A stretch of 64,000 nucleotides of DNA, from positions 41,891-105,890 of the forward strand of contig CAXRAL010000007.1 of NCBI GenBank assembly GCA_964228815.1. Direction: 5' to 3'. Below the pieces are notes generated by a model. That model saw nothing but the letters and a program-made list of their open reading frames with translations, searched no databases and was not told where the DNA came from. The DNA is from Candidatus Poseidoniaceae archaeon. Lineage in GTDB: Archaea > Thermoplasmatota > Poseidoniia > Poseidoniales > Poseidoniaceae. This document shows positions 42,293 through 51,623 of this stretch, piece after piece; the first letter of the stretch is position 1, and each line of letters opens with the position of its first letter. Both the position numbers and the translations under genes were made by a program.

Positions 42293-42904
42293 TCACTCTT
42301 CCTCGACGACGGGGAGTGAAGACTGGACCGTGCCGTCTTCATCGGATTCCCCCCTCAGGATTTCCTTGCTGTCGCCCAACTCATCCAACAGACCGCTGGA
42401 TTGGACTTGTTCTCTAAACCACGCTTTGACCTTTTTTCGGTCCGTGTGTGGGCATCCAAAGGCCTCTGAAAATCGACGCGTGGTTGCCAAGCGGCGAGTG
42501 TTGCCGTCTTTTCGACGGTCGATCATGCCGTGTTGAGCGAGTTCACGAACGTAATCGTACGCCTTCTGTCCGAGCAACTCCACCAGTCGAGATTGTGGCA
42601 TGGGCTGATGGTACGCGATGAGCGCAGCCGCTTTGAGCAACTTGGGCGGCATGTCGGTTTTCGTCTCGCGAGGTAAATGCGAGGCAATGGCGGGCTTGAC
42701 CTCGAGGGCCCAACGGTCGCCAACTTCCGCCAGTTGGAGAGCTCCTCCTTTGCGTCGCTTGAGGGTGGCCTGAAGGGAACCAAGGCAATCGAGCATCTCG
42801 TCTTCATCGTAGCCCAAGACCTTGGACAATTCCTCGACGGACATGGACTTGCCCGAACTGAACAGGGTTGCTTCAATCAGGGATTCCAACGGTAATTCGG
42901 CCAT
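42293..42904 (-). CDS. scpB: segregation and condensation protein B
   Basis: LESLIEATLFSSGKSMSVEELSKVL and a second wH repeat LLKAAALIAYHQPMPQSRLVELLG match the ScpB tandem winged-helix pattern. Adjacent to scpA/smc. Confidence 0.65.
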   Translation of the reverse strand: MAELPLESLIEATLFSSGKSMSVEELSKVLGYDEDEMLDCLGSLQATLKRRKGGALQLAEVGDRWALEVKPAIASHLPRETKTDMPPKLLKAAALIAYHQPMPQSRLVELLGQKAYDYVRELAQHGMIDRRKDGNTRRLATTRRFSEAFGCPHTDRKKVKAWFREQVQSSGLLDELGDSKEILRGESDEDGTVQSSLPVVEEE

Positions 42905-42913
42905 GTCTTTCCC

Positions 42914-44125
42914 TCACTCCACCAACCAATCATGCTCTTCGAAGGCTTCAGCAGGCTTAGCCTCAATCGCTGCACTCGCCAACTGATGTTCAGCTTCCTT
43001 TGCAGCCTTGGCCTCCAACTTCGCCTGTCGTCGTGCCTCGCGCTCCTCGGCCAGCCGTGCACGCTCGGCGATGGCTTCCATTCGGTGTTCAGAACCTGTG
43101 GTTTGCCCGTCGAGCTCGACCGCATCTTCGGCCATTAAGGCCTCAACCGCTTCGAGAACATCGGAAAAGGAGGTCAGATCTGGCCAGAGGTCTTCGATCA
43201 TGATGTTGGCAACCGCCTCGCCTTCCTGGGTGATGCTGGCCATTCGACGATGGGTGAGGAACAAACCAGCGATGAATGAGGCGACGAACGCCTCGCTTTC
43301 AGGGTCCTCGAGCGATGCACCGAAGGTGGAGACCAGCAACGGCCTGAGTCTGGCCATGACATCAACCAGCGGCACAACGGGAGAGGAAGCGGCTTCGCAC
43401 GTGGCTTTCAGCGCCGTCCAGCATCGTTCAATGTCACCTTCAAGGTCTTCATTGTGCATCCGCCCTCCGACATCCTGGAGGTATTCACTGAGTTCTCGTT
43501 CATGCTCAAGGCGATTGATTTCACGCTGTTTGAGCGCCTCTGCATCGTCCGCTGCATCCTTGAACGCCGACAGCAATTCGGCCAGCGTCACCGGCCGTCC
43601 TTCATCACGGCGGACTCGCTCGTCGAACAGGTTGGTCAGCAGGTCATCGGCGTCACCGTCGAGAACGGACTGCGTGAAAAAGAACGCTTCGTCGTCGTAT
43701 TCGCTCTCCCAACCAAAGCCGTGGTCGTCGTCCCAGACCTCTTCCTCAACGGGCTGGATTTTCTCAAAGAGAACGGCAGATTGGTGATGCAGCACTTCCC
43801 AAGACAAGCGAATCAGGCGCCCGCAGGCCGGCAAGTCGAGGTTTTCACCCTCCTTGACGCGTTGGGCAAAGACCGTAAGGAAGGCTGAGAGGTCGACATC
43901 CCACGGATTGAAGGCTTCCTCACGCACCAGCGAGAGCACCAGCGCAACCGAACGGTCAAACGGGTCATGCAGGCTTTGATGTTCCGCTTCTTCCGTCGCA
44001 GCAATGGCGGCGATTCGTTGGCCGAACTGCTCAGCATCTTCTCGATCTTCACCTTGACCGAGAAGTTGGTCGATGACCTCTTGTTGGAGGAACCACCGGT
44101 CCAGCATGCTCTGTTCTTCTGCCAC
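42914..44125 (-). CDS. scpA: segregation and condensation protein A (kleisin)
   Basis: Lies immediately downstream of smc on the same strand; acidic kleisin-like protein with FNPWDVDL N-terminal motif. Start GTG 44125 or ATG 44107. Confidence 0.6.
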   Translation of the reverse strand: MAEEQSMLDRWFLQQEVIDQLLGQGEDREDAEQFGQRIAAIAATEEAEHQSLHDPFDRSVALVLSLVREEAFNPWDVDLSAFLTVFAQRVKEGENLDLPACGRLIRLSWEVLHHQSAVLFEKIQPVEEEVWDDDHGFGWESEYDDEAFFFTQSVLDGDADDLLTNLFDERVRRDEGRPVTLAELLSAFKDAADDAEALKQREINRLEHERELSEYLQDVGGRMHNEDLEGDIERCWTALKATCEAASSPVVPLVDVMARLRPLLVSTFGASLEDPESEAFVASFIAGLFLTHRRMASITQEGEAVANIMIEDLWPDLTSFSDVLEAVEALMAEDAVELDGQTTGSEHRMEAIAERARLAEEREARRQAKLEAKAAKEAEHQLASAAIEAKPAEAFEEHDWLVE

Positions 44126-44134
44126 GACTCCACC

Positions 44135-47100
44135 TCACTGTTCGTCCGATTCCACCAAGGGTTCGCCCTCGGCCATTTCCACTGAAGCCTCACGTTGTTC
44201 TGCTTCAGCCACCTGCGTGGCGACTTCTGACCGCTCGTTGATGTCCTCGGTCAACTCGCTCGTACGCTCCATCAGACCACCGAGTGATGCCTCGGTGTTG
44301 GGAGAAGGTGTGGCCTCGTCGTGCATGTGGTTCAACAAGCCGCCAAGACTGCGAGGGACGGCGAGCGGGTCGGGAACTTCAGGCATGTCCTGGGCCGCAG
44401 CCACGGCATCCATGATGCGACTCTCGTTCTTGTCGGCGTCCTTCTGGGCCTCTTTGAGCGCAGCTTCGCCAAGCGCAATGGCCCGCTCACGGTCAAAGTC
44501 GAGGATGCGTCGACTGCATCCGTCTCCGCCGTGGGTGATGCCGATGTGATGATCGGCCAGTTTGAGGGAAACTTTGCGAAGGGTGACCATGATGAATTGG
44601 GCACGCTTGCTGCGCTCCCGGCACATCTTGGCAATCCGCTCTGCGTTGTACGCGTCGAGGTTTTGGTCGACCTCGTCAAAGTAGTAAAACGGACTGGGAT
44701 CGTAATCTTGAATCGCGAAGATGAGTGCCAGTGCAGCCATCGACTGCTCTCCGCCGGAGAGTTGTTGGCGGCTGACCTTGGACGACTTACCGCGAGGTTG
44801 CGCCCAAAGTTCCAAACCGCCCTTGAACGGCTCTTCGGGATTCTCGAGGAACAATTCACCGCGGCCACCATCCGAAAGTTGGTGGTAGGAGACTTTGAAA
44901 TTCTCGTTGACCTTTTCCAACACGGCGATCAAACGCTCTTTACGTTGCGTTTCCAACTGCTCGGTGACCTCGATGAGGTGCTTGCGACGAGCCTGTAGCG
45001 TAGCGAATTCGTCCTTCATCAAATCGAGACGAGCCTGGCATTCATCGTACTGCTCAATCGCCATCATGTTGACGTTGCCAAACCCTTCCATGCGGCGTTG
45101 GAGGTTGCGGAGGTCGCGCTCCAATTCACCAACGTTCTTGAGCCCCTCAGGAAGGTCGTTGAGCGAGAGGTTCGCATCGATGAGTTCCTGGGCCATGAGT
45201 TGAACTTCTGCCTCCTTATCGCTGATGGTTCGCAACAATTCTTCTGCCAAGCGACGGTGGTTCTGTGCTTGATTGAGGCGTTCTTCGTTTCGCACACGGA
45301 GGGTGGCACGCTGGTCCGTGAGTTCTTGACGCTCCTGCTCCAGCCCTTGGTTTTCCTCAAGGTAGACGGCCTGTTCGTCCTTTTTCGCCTTGAGGGCGAT
45401 TCGGTCGGTCGCCAGCGTGGCTTCGAGTTCGTCAATTCGAACGAGGCGTGCTTCTTTGTTCTCATGGAGGGCGTTGAGCCGTCCTTGGGTTTCGTCCACC
45501 CGTCGCTGAAGAAGCGCTTGATGGCTGGTGCCGCTGCTCAACACCTCCTCGGCCTTGTCCTTGGCTCCGTTGGCCTTGACACGTAACAGGTCCACGGCGT
45601 GCATGCGCTCTCGCAGATGTTCAGGACTGGCGGCCTCAACGGCTTCTTTGGCCGCTTCATACGCATCCTTTGAATTCGCAAGAATGCGATCGGCTGCATC
45701 AAGACCGCGAAGGGCTTCTTGGGCACTTTGACGTAATTCGTCCAGTTTTGCCTCGAGGCCGTCGACAACGCCTTGGGCTTTCTTGTGGGCTTGACCGACC
45801 TGCTTTTGCTCGGCCTTGACCTCTCTGACTTCCGTGGCGTAAGAATCGTCAACCATGGCGTTGATCTTGTTTCGGATGCTTTGCTGATTCATGCGAGCCT
45901 CACGCAGGGCTTCGTTGACAGTTTGCTCCATGAGGTGGAATTTCTCAACCTCGGCCGTGTGTTTCTCAACTTCGGACGCACCTTGGATGCGGCCACCGAA
46001 CGCGATGCTCATCTTGCGCTTTGACCCGCCAACCATCGCTCCACCCGATTCGATAACGTCGCCTCGGAGGGTGACAAAGCGGGTGCCGCCCATGTATTGG
46101 CGAGCGACACTGAGGTTCTCCACGATCAGGGTATTCCGAAGTGCAAAGCGAACGGCGACGTCGATGCGGGGATCGTAATCCAGCATCTCATGAGCAAACC
46201 CAAGCACACCGTCTTTGCGGGCGGTCATGACGGTTTTTCCACCCGCCCGGGAACTGCTCAATTTGTTCAGCGGAAGGAAGGTAGCACGACCGGCTCGATT
46301 CTCAGCCAGCCAACGGATGGCATTGGCGGCATCTTGGTCGGTTTCGACAACCACCGAAGCCATGCCAGCTCCGATGGCGGTGGCCAGAGCGACTTCGTGA
46401 GCACTGTCTTTTGGAGCGCACAATTCGGCCACCGTCCCGATGATGCCCTGCAAGGCCTGATTGTCCCGTGCGGCGAGGACGGCGCTCGCACCGCCTGCCA
46501 GGCCCTTCGCGCCGGATTTCTGCTCCATCTCAGCCTTGGCAAGGTTCAGAGCACGTTCTGCTTCCCTCAACCGAACTTCGATTCTCGTGCGGTCTTCGGC
46601 GAGTTGAGCCTCAGCGCGTTGAGCCTCGACCAATTGGCGGGCGAGGGCTTCACGGTCGTATTCCGGGGCATCTTCAGCCAATTCTTGCAGGCGGATGTCA
46701 AGTTCGCCAAGCGCCAATCGAATCTCCTCTGATTCCTGTTGCGCATCTGCGAGCTGCTGGCCCACGAGGTCGGCCTCCACCGCCACTCGGTCGACGTCGG
46801 ATTGGGCTTCAGCGCGTTGGGTTTCATGGTCGACAACAAGCGTTTCAGCAGCACTCAGGGCTTCGCTGAGATGCTGGTTTTGCTCACCGGCCGTGGCCAG
46901 TGCCGCTCGCACCTGCTGCTCTTCAGCTTGTGCCTCCTCGAGCTGTTGCAGCGCTTCGGCGAGGGCCGTGTTGGCGGAGACCAAGCTGGCCTTGAACGCT
47001 GCGAGTTCCTCGTTGGCCTCTTGCAACTGCTCATCAAGGGCAGCAACTTCAACCGCCTCTTCCTCTTCTTCTTTGGCCGCTTCAAGGAGGCGATCGTTGT

Positions 47101-48049
47101 TGAGCTCGATGGCCACTTGGAGGGCTTGGATGGCTTGACCGAGTTCAGATGTCTCGCCGCCCGTCAACTGATTGATCTCCTTTTGGAGCTCGGCAATCTT
47201 GTCGTCAAGTTCCAGCAGTGTTTTTTCCGTGGCTTTGTGCTCGTCGAGCAGATCTTGACTCTGCGTCAGGTATTTTTGTCGCTCTTCTTGGTGAAAGGCC
47301 AACTCGTTCTTAAGCGTCGCATAGCGGGACTGAAGCAGCATGGCGTTCGTGACTTGAATGGCATCCGAGACTTCCTTCGCTTTCTGAGCCACATGGCGTT
47401 CCTTGGCCAGCGTGGACAAGCGTTCAAGTTGTTCTTTTTCCAACAGACCGATGCGGTCGAGATAACTCTCAACCATCTCTTTTTGCTTGTTTGCCTTACG
47501 AATTTCGTCATCGTAGGACGTGACGCCAGCGACGTTATCGAGCACCTTGCGGCGTTCGTTGGCGGTCATTTTCGCCAAACTCGTGACATCGCCTTGCAAC
47601 ACGATGTTGTAGCCGTCGGGCCGGGCATTTGCCGCACCGAGCAAGCGGTGAAACACTTTCTGCGTGCTGTCTTCGCCGTTGAGTTTGTACGTGGTCACCG
47701 GATTGTTGGACGCTGTCAGGCGAATGCTTCTCGACATGCGGATTTCCTCCTTATCGAGAGGCAGGCGACGACGACCGTTACTCATCACGGGATTCGCAAA
47801 GACAAGCGTGACGGAACATTCCCGAGCGGGCTTGGAGTTCTTCCCGCCGTTGAAGATCAAATCCGCAGAGTTCTGGGCACGGATCACTCGGTTCGATTTC
47901 GGCCCGAGGACGAATTGTATCGCATCACCGCAGTTCGATTTCCCCGACCCGTTTGGTCCCGTGATGGCCGTGAAACCACGGTCCAAAGGGACGGTCACTT
48001 CGCCCTTGAACGATTTGAAATTGAGCACTTCAAGTGATTTTAGGTACAT
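44135..48049 (-). CDS. smc: chromosome segregation protein SMC
   Basis: N-terminal Walker A ITGPNGSGKSN, long coiled coils, hinge, C-terminal LSGGEQSMAALALIFAIQ (ABC signature) and YFFDEVD Walker B. 1304 aa. ATG at 48049. Confidence 0.9.
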   Translation of the reverse strand: MYLKSLEVLNFKSFKGEVTVPLDRGFTAITGPNGSGKSNCGDAIQFVLGPKSNRVIRAQNSADLIFNGGKNSKPARECSVTLVFANPVMSNGRRRLPLDKEEIRMSRSIRLTASNNPVTTYKLNGEDSTQKVFHRLLGAANARPDGYNIVLQGDVTSLAKMTANERRKVLDNVAGVTSYDDEIRKANKQKEMVESYLDRIGLLEKEQLERLSTLAKERHVAQKAKEVSDAIQVTNAMLLQSRYATLKNELAFHQEERQKYLTQSQDLLDEHKATEKTLLELDDKIAELQKEINQLTGGETSELGQAIQALQVAIELNNDRLLEAAKEEEEEAVEVAALDEQLQEANEELAAFKASLVSANTALAEALQQLEEAQAEEQQVRAALATAGEQNQHLSEALSAAETLVVDHETQRAEAQSDVDRVAVEADLVGQQLADAQQESEEIRLALGELDIRLQELAEDAPEYDREALARQLVEAQRAEAQLAEDRTRIEVRLREAERALNLAKAEMEQKSGAKGLAGGASAVLAARDNQALQGIIGTVAELCAPKDSAHEVALATAIGAGMASVVVETDQDAANAIRWLAENRAGRATFLPLNKLSSSRAGGKTVMTARKDGVLGFAHEMLDYDPRIDVAVRFALRNTLIVENLSVARQYMGGTRFVTLRGDVIESGGAMVGGSKRKMSIAFGGRIQGASEVEKHTAEVEKFHLMEQTVNEALREARMNQQSIRNKINAMVDDSYATEVREVKAEQKQVGQAHKKAQGVVDGLEAKLDELRQSAQEALRGLDAADRILANSKDAYEAAKEAVEAASPEHLRERMHAVDLLRVKANGAKDKAEEVLSSGTSHQALLQRRVDETQGRLNALHENKEARLVRIDELEATLATDRIALKAKKDEQAVYLEENQGLEQERQELTDQRATLRVRNEERLNQAQNHRRLAEELLRTISDKEAEVQLMAQELIDANLSLNDLPEGLKNVGELERDLRNLQRRMEGFGNVNMMAIEQYDECQARLDLMKDEFATLQARRKHLIEVTEQLETQRKERLIAVLEKVNENFKVSYHQLSDGGRGELFLENPEEPFKGGLELWAQPRGKSSKVSRQQLSGGEQSMAALALIFAIQDYDPSPFYYFDEVDQNLDAYNAERIAKMCRERSKRAQFIMVTLRKVSLKLADHHIGITHGGDGCSRRILDFDRERAIALGEAALKEAQKDADKNESRIMDAVAAAQDMPEVPDPLAVPRSLGGLLNHMHDEATPSPNTEASLGGLMERTSELTEDINERSEVATQVAEAEQREASVEMAEGEPLVESDEQ

Positions 48050-48102
48050 CCCTATCCCTCATGCAATGGAACCTTGATTCCATCACTTTCCCCCCACCCA
48101 TG

Positions 48103-48162
48103 TTTGAGGGGTTTTAAACAATCCGAAAAATCACGGCTCAGTGCCACGGTTTTGAGGGGTTG
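48103..48162. repeat. two direct copies of TTTGAGGGGTT in the smc upstream region
   Basis: 48103-48113 and 48152-48162, read directly. Lies 54-113 nt upstream of the smc ATG (minus strand). Confidence 0.3.
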
Positions 48163-48183
48163 GAATCGAACGCCGGAAGGGGT

Positions 48184-49026
48184 TCAAAACACACCATGAT
48201 TGTTGCACTTCTTACATCCCGCTCCTTTGCAGTAAGGGCAGGTGGCCATCACCAGCAGGTTGTTGCGTCGTCGACTCATGGCGAGGTCCTTGTCGGAGCG
48301 AAGGAAACGAGACCGCTCAGAGCGTTCAAGGGTTTTCTTGCTGTGCTTCTCTTTGTCAAAGAACGACGAGCGGAACACGCCGGCTTTTTGGCGTCGACGC
48401 TCCAACTTATCCCGAGTCTGTGAGACGGCCTCGGCTTCCCAATATTTTGGTCCACGAATCATCAGCACGCCGATCACAGCGAACATGATCTGCACGACCC
48501 ATCCCGCCACAGGGAAGGGGAACAAGGCTGCCAAGCCGTCGGAACTGGCCGAGGTGGGCAGAAGCGAGAACCTATCCAGCACGGCCAGGGTGCAGAGAAC
48601 GCAACCCATCATGAAACCGACCTTCCGAAGGCGTCGCGCCCAGCCTTTGTTTTGCGGCAATTCAAAGCCGTAAACGAACAAAAACAGACCTTCCATCATC
48701 ATCAGCAGGTCCGCACCCGACCACTGGCCAACTTCGCCCAAGCAATACGAGGTGCCGCTCGAACGCAATTCTTCCTCCACGGCGTCGAACGAGCAACTCG
48801 GTTCAAACATCAACAGTGCATCGAGCTTGTAGCCTTCAGCACCATCGATGACCTGAGGCGCCACGGCCCCGAATTGGACGTTGGCGATGACGAACAACAT
48901 CATCACCGCCCCGAAGACAGTCAGCAATTTGCGCATGGAGAGGCCAAACACCGGGTAATCCTCAACCGTCCCACTCGGCGCCAATTGATAGGGGTTGCGA
49001 GAGGAAACAACAGGCCATGCATCCAT
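48184..49026 (-). CDS. polytopic membrane protein with C-terminal CxxC...CxxC zinc ribbon
   Basis: Multiple TM helices; C-terminal CPYCKGAGCKKCNNHG. Start set at ATG 49026 to avoid overlap with nadB; uncertain. Confidence 0.4.
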   Translation of the reverse strand: MDAWPVVSSRNPYQLAPSGTVEDYPVFGLSMRKLLTVFGAVMMLFVIANVQFGAVAPQVIDGAEGYKLDALLMFEPSCSFDAVEEELRSSGTSYCLGEVGQWSGADLLMMMEGLFLFVYGFELPQNKGWARRLRKVGFMMGCVLCTLAVLDRFSLLPTSASSDGLAALFPFPVAGWVVQIMFAVIGVLMIRGPKYWEAEAVSQTRDKLERRRQKAGVFRSSFFDKEKHSKKTLERSERSRFLRSDKDLAMSRRRNNLLVMATCPYCKGAGCKKCNNHGVF

Positions 49027-49074
49027 CACCGTCAAGAAGGGGGAGAGCGAGCGAAACCTGCGGGAGAGGAGACC

Positions 49075-50709
49075 ATGGCCCACATCGCCATCATCGGCAG
49101 CGGCATTGCTGGCTTGTTTGCCGCCAGCCAACTCGCTGATGCAGGCCACGATGTCACGGTGGTCACCAAGAAACGACCCAAGGATTCTTCCACGAACTGG
49201 GCTCAAGGCGGCGTGGCGGCGATTTTGGACAAAACCAACGTTGAGGGCATGGAATCACACGTCCAAGACACCCTTCGCTCAGGGGACGGCGCCTGTGATG
49301 AAGCTGTTGTTCGCTCGATCATCAGCGAAGCCGGAGACCGCATCATGGACCTCATTCGTATCGGCGTAGAGTTCGAAAAAGAGGATGATGGAGCGTATTC
49401 ATTCATTCGTGAAGGAGGCCATTCCTCAAAGCGCATCCTTCACGCCAAGGACGCCACGGGCAGAGAGATTGAACGTGCGCTCACCGCCTATGCCCGCGAC
49501 CACTCCAAGATCACGCTCAAGCCCAACACCCTCGCTATCGACCTGATCCAGCGCCATCACGGCCGCCCGGAGGAGGGCGTCGCCGGCGTATGGTGCCTTG
49601 ACCAAGACTCACAGGCCGTCATCACCCTCGAAGCCGATGCCATCGTGCTGGCCACAGGTGGCGTCGGCCGTTTGTGGCAACAGACCACCAACCCGGATGT
49701 AGCGACGGGTGACGGGTTGGCGATGGCCTATAGAACGGGTGCTTCCGTGGACAATATGGCGTACATTCAGTTTCATCCAACCGCCCTTGCATCACCTTCA
49801 CCCCGACCGTTTCTCATTTCCGAAGCCGTGCGTGGAGTGGGTGCCGTTTTACTCGACGACGAAGGCTTGGCTGCGTGGACACGCGACTTCAAGGCCGCCT
49901 CTGAGCAAGGAGAAGAGACGCTCTCCCCCGCCCCATATTCGTTCACCCTTGAGCACACCCCGGCTGGCTCACTGGCGACACGGGACATCGTGGCACGAGC
50001 CATTGACCAACAAATGAAGAAGAACGGGACATCCAGCGTTTACCTGGTCACCTCGCATCTTGATCTTCCATGGGAGGAAAAATTCCCCACCATCGCTCGC
50101 CGTCTGGCCGAGGAAGGGCTTCAACTCGGACGCGACCCGATTCCAGTGGTTCCCGCCGCCCACTACATGGTGGGGGGCGTTCGTGTGGATGATATCGGGC
50201 GAGCTTTCCTGCAAGGCACGACTGAACCAATGCCACACCTCTACGCCATCGGCGAGGTCGCCTGCACCGGCATGCACGGAGCCAACCGATTGGCGTCCAA
50301 CAGCCTGCTCGAGGCGGTGGTCTTTGCCCAGCGAGTGGCCCAACACCTCATCGAGTTCCCTCCTCCAACCTACGAAGGGAGCCACCCCGCATGGCGTGCA
50401 GACGGTTTGGGAGCCTTGAGGGAACACGCGCCCATCAACCACGACCGAATCAGTTTGGTTCGCACCATGACCGAAGAAGTGGGCATCGTACGCTCGAACC
50501 AACGGTTGAAGCGAGCACAACGTCGACTTAACCTGCTCCAAAACGAAGTGGACATGATGTGGCGGACCGCCCGTCCAACCCGAGAGATCGTTGAGCTCCG
50601 AAACTTGTGCCTCATCGGGCAACTCGTTGTCGAGGATGCCTTGGGCCAAACCGAAAACAAAGGGCTCCACTACAACGTCGACTTGCTCAGGGATGGCACG
50701 CCTGAATGA
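49075..50709 (+). CDS. nadB: L-aspartate oxidase
   Basis: IAIIGSGIAGLFAA FAD-binding GxGxxG, RSGDGACDEAVVRSI, HYMVGGV, SNSLLEAVVFAQR are typical of NadB/fumarate reductase flavoproteins. ATG 49075. Confidence 0.8.
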   Translation: MAHIAIIGSGIAGLFAASQLADAGHDVTVVTKKRPKDSSTNWAQGGVAAILDKTNVEGMESHVQDTLRSGDGACDEAVVRSIISEAGDRIMDLIRIGVEFEKEDDGAYSFIREGGHSSKRILHAKDATGREIERALTAYARDHSKITLKPNTLAIDLIQRHHGRPEEGVAGVWCLDQDSQAVITLEADAIVLATGGVGRLWQQTTNPDVATGDGLAMAYRTGASVDNMAYIQFHPTALASPSPRPFLISEAVRGVGAVLLDDEGLAAWTRDFKAASEQGEETLSPAPYSFTLEHTPAGSLATRDIVARAIDQQMKKNGTSSVYLVTSHLDLPWEEKFPTIARRLAEEGLQLGRDPIPVVPAAHYMVGGVRVDDIGRAFLQGTTEPMPHLYAIGEVACTGMHGANRLASNSLLEAVVFAQRVAQHLIEFPPPTYEGSHPAWRADGLGALREHAPINHDRISLVRTMTEEVGIVRSNQRLKRAQRRLNLLQNEVDMMWRTARPTREIVELRNLCLIGQLVVEDALGQTENKGLHYNVDLLRDGTPE

Positions 50710-51619
50710 GCGACGCCAACATTTGGTTGATGGGAACGGAAAGACCGTGCCCCTCAGCCAGTGCAACCACCGCCTGATTCAAAGCAGAAATCTCCGTTTT
50801 TCTTCCCCTTTTCAGGTCCTGAAGCATGCTGCACGTGTTGTCTGCGGTTTGTTCCAAGACGGCCCGGAGACGGCGCTCAAACGCCGATTCATCTGGAAGG
50901 GAAACACGCTCCATGGCGGCCACTTGGGCAGCCTCGCGATACACCATCATGCACGCATTGAACAATCCGCTCTCAAGCAGTTCACCGTTGTTCAGTCCGG
51001 CCAGGGCTGCGATGGGATTGATGGCGAGGTTCAGCACGACCTTCTCCCAGATCAAGGTGGCAGCATCCTCGTGAATCCAAGGGTTCAGTTCTGCGGCTTC
51101 AAAGATTGAAACGACGGCCTCCAAGCGCTTGGTATCGGGCCCGAGCGGAGGTGCTGCGAAACCGACACCGCCGAAACCGGCCCACACCACACCTTCACCC
51201 TCTGCGTACGCTCCGTGGGTGGTGCTCGCTGCGAGCACAGACGACGGGCCGTGGATTCGCGTCAAGGCCTCCACATGGCCCAAACCGTTGCACAAAGCCA
51301 GGACCACGCCCCCCATCTTGAGGAACGAGGTGGCTGTTTGAGCAAGATGGGGGACGTCGCTTGATTTACATGCAAGAATCACAAGGTCTGAACCCTGAAA
51401 CAAACCGTTGTCAACAGGGAGTTCTTCACACGAAAAAAGGAAGCGAGCGGCAGCCGGGTTGAGAGAGCGGTGGCCTGAAACAGCGACCCCCTGGAGCATT
51501 TGGGCAGCGCCACGTTCTCCGCGGACGTGGAGGTGAAGTTCGACATCGGTTGTTGCTAAAGCAGCCGCCACCACCGAACCAATGGCGCCAACCCCGAGCA
51601 CGGATACACGCATCGACAT
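50687..51619 (-). CDS. panE: 2-dehydropantoate 2-reductase (ketopantoate reductase, ApbA/PanE family)
   Basis: MRVSVLGVGAIGSVVAAAL Rossmann N-terminus, ACKSSDV, C-terminal KTEISALNQAVVALAEGHGLSVPINQMLASLIQ. ATG 51619 or 51613. Confidence 0.65.
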   Translation of the reverse strand: MSMRVSVLGVGAIGSVVAAALATTDVELHLHVRGERGAAQMLQGVAVSGHRSLNPAAARFLFSCEELPVDNGLFQGSDLVILACKSSDVPHLAQTATSFLKMGGVVLALCNGLGHVEALTRIHGPSSVLAASTTHGAYAEGEGVVWAGFGGVGFAAPPLGPDTKRLEAVVSIFEAAELNPWIHEDAATLIWEKVVLNLAINPIAALAGLNNGELLESGLFNACMMVYREAAQVAAMERVSLPDESAFERRLRAVLEQTADNTCSMLQDLKRGRKTEISALNQAVVALAEGHGLSVPINQMLASLIQACHP

Positions 51620-51623
51620 CACC

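Noticed and set aside
48140-48190. tRNA-like T-loop candidate (ggaatcgaacg / cgttcgattcc on minus)
   Set aside because: The flanking bases cannot form a 5-bp T stem or an acceptor stem. No tRNA cloverleaf could be built in any intergenic region of the window.
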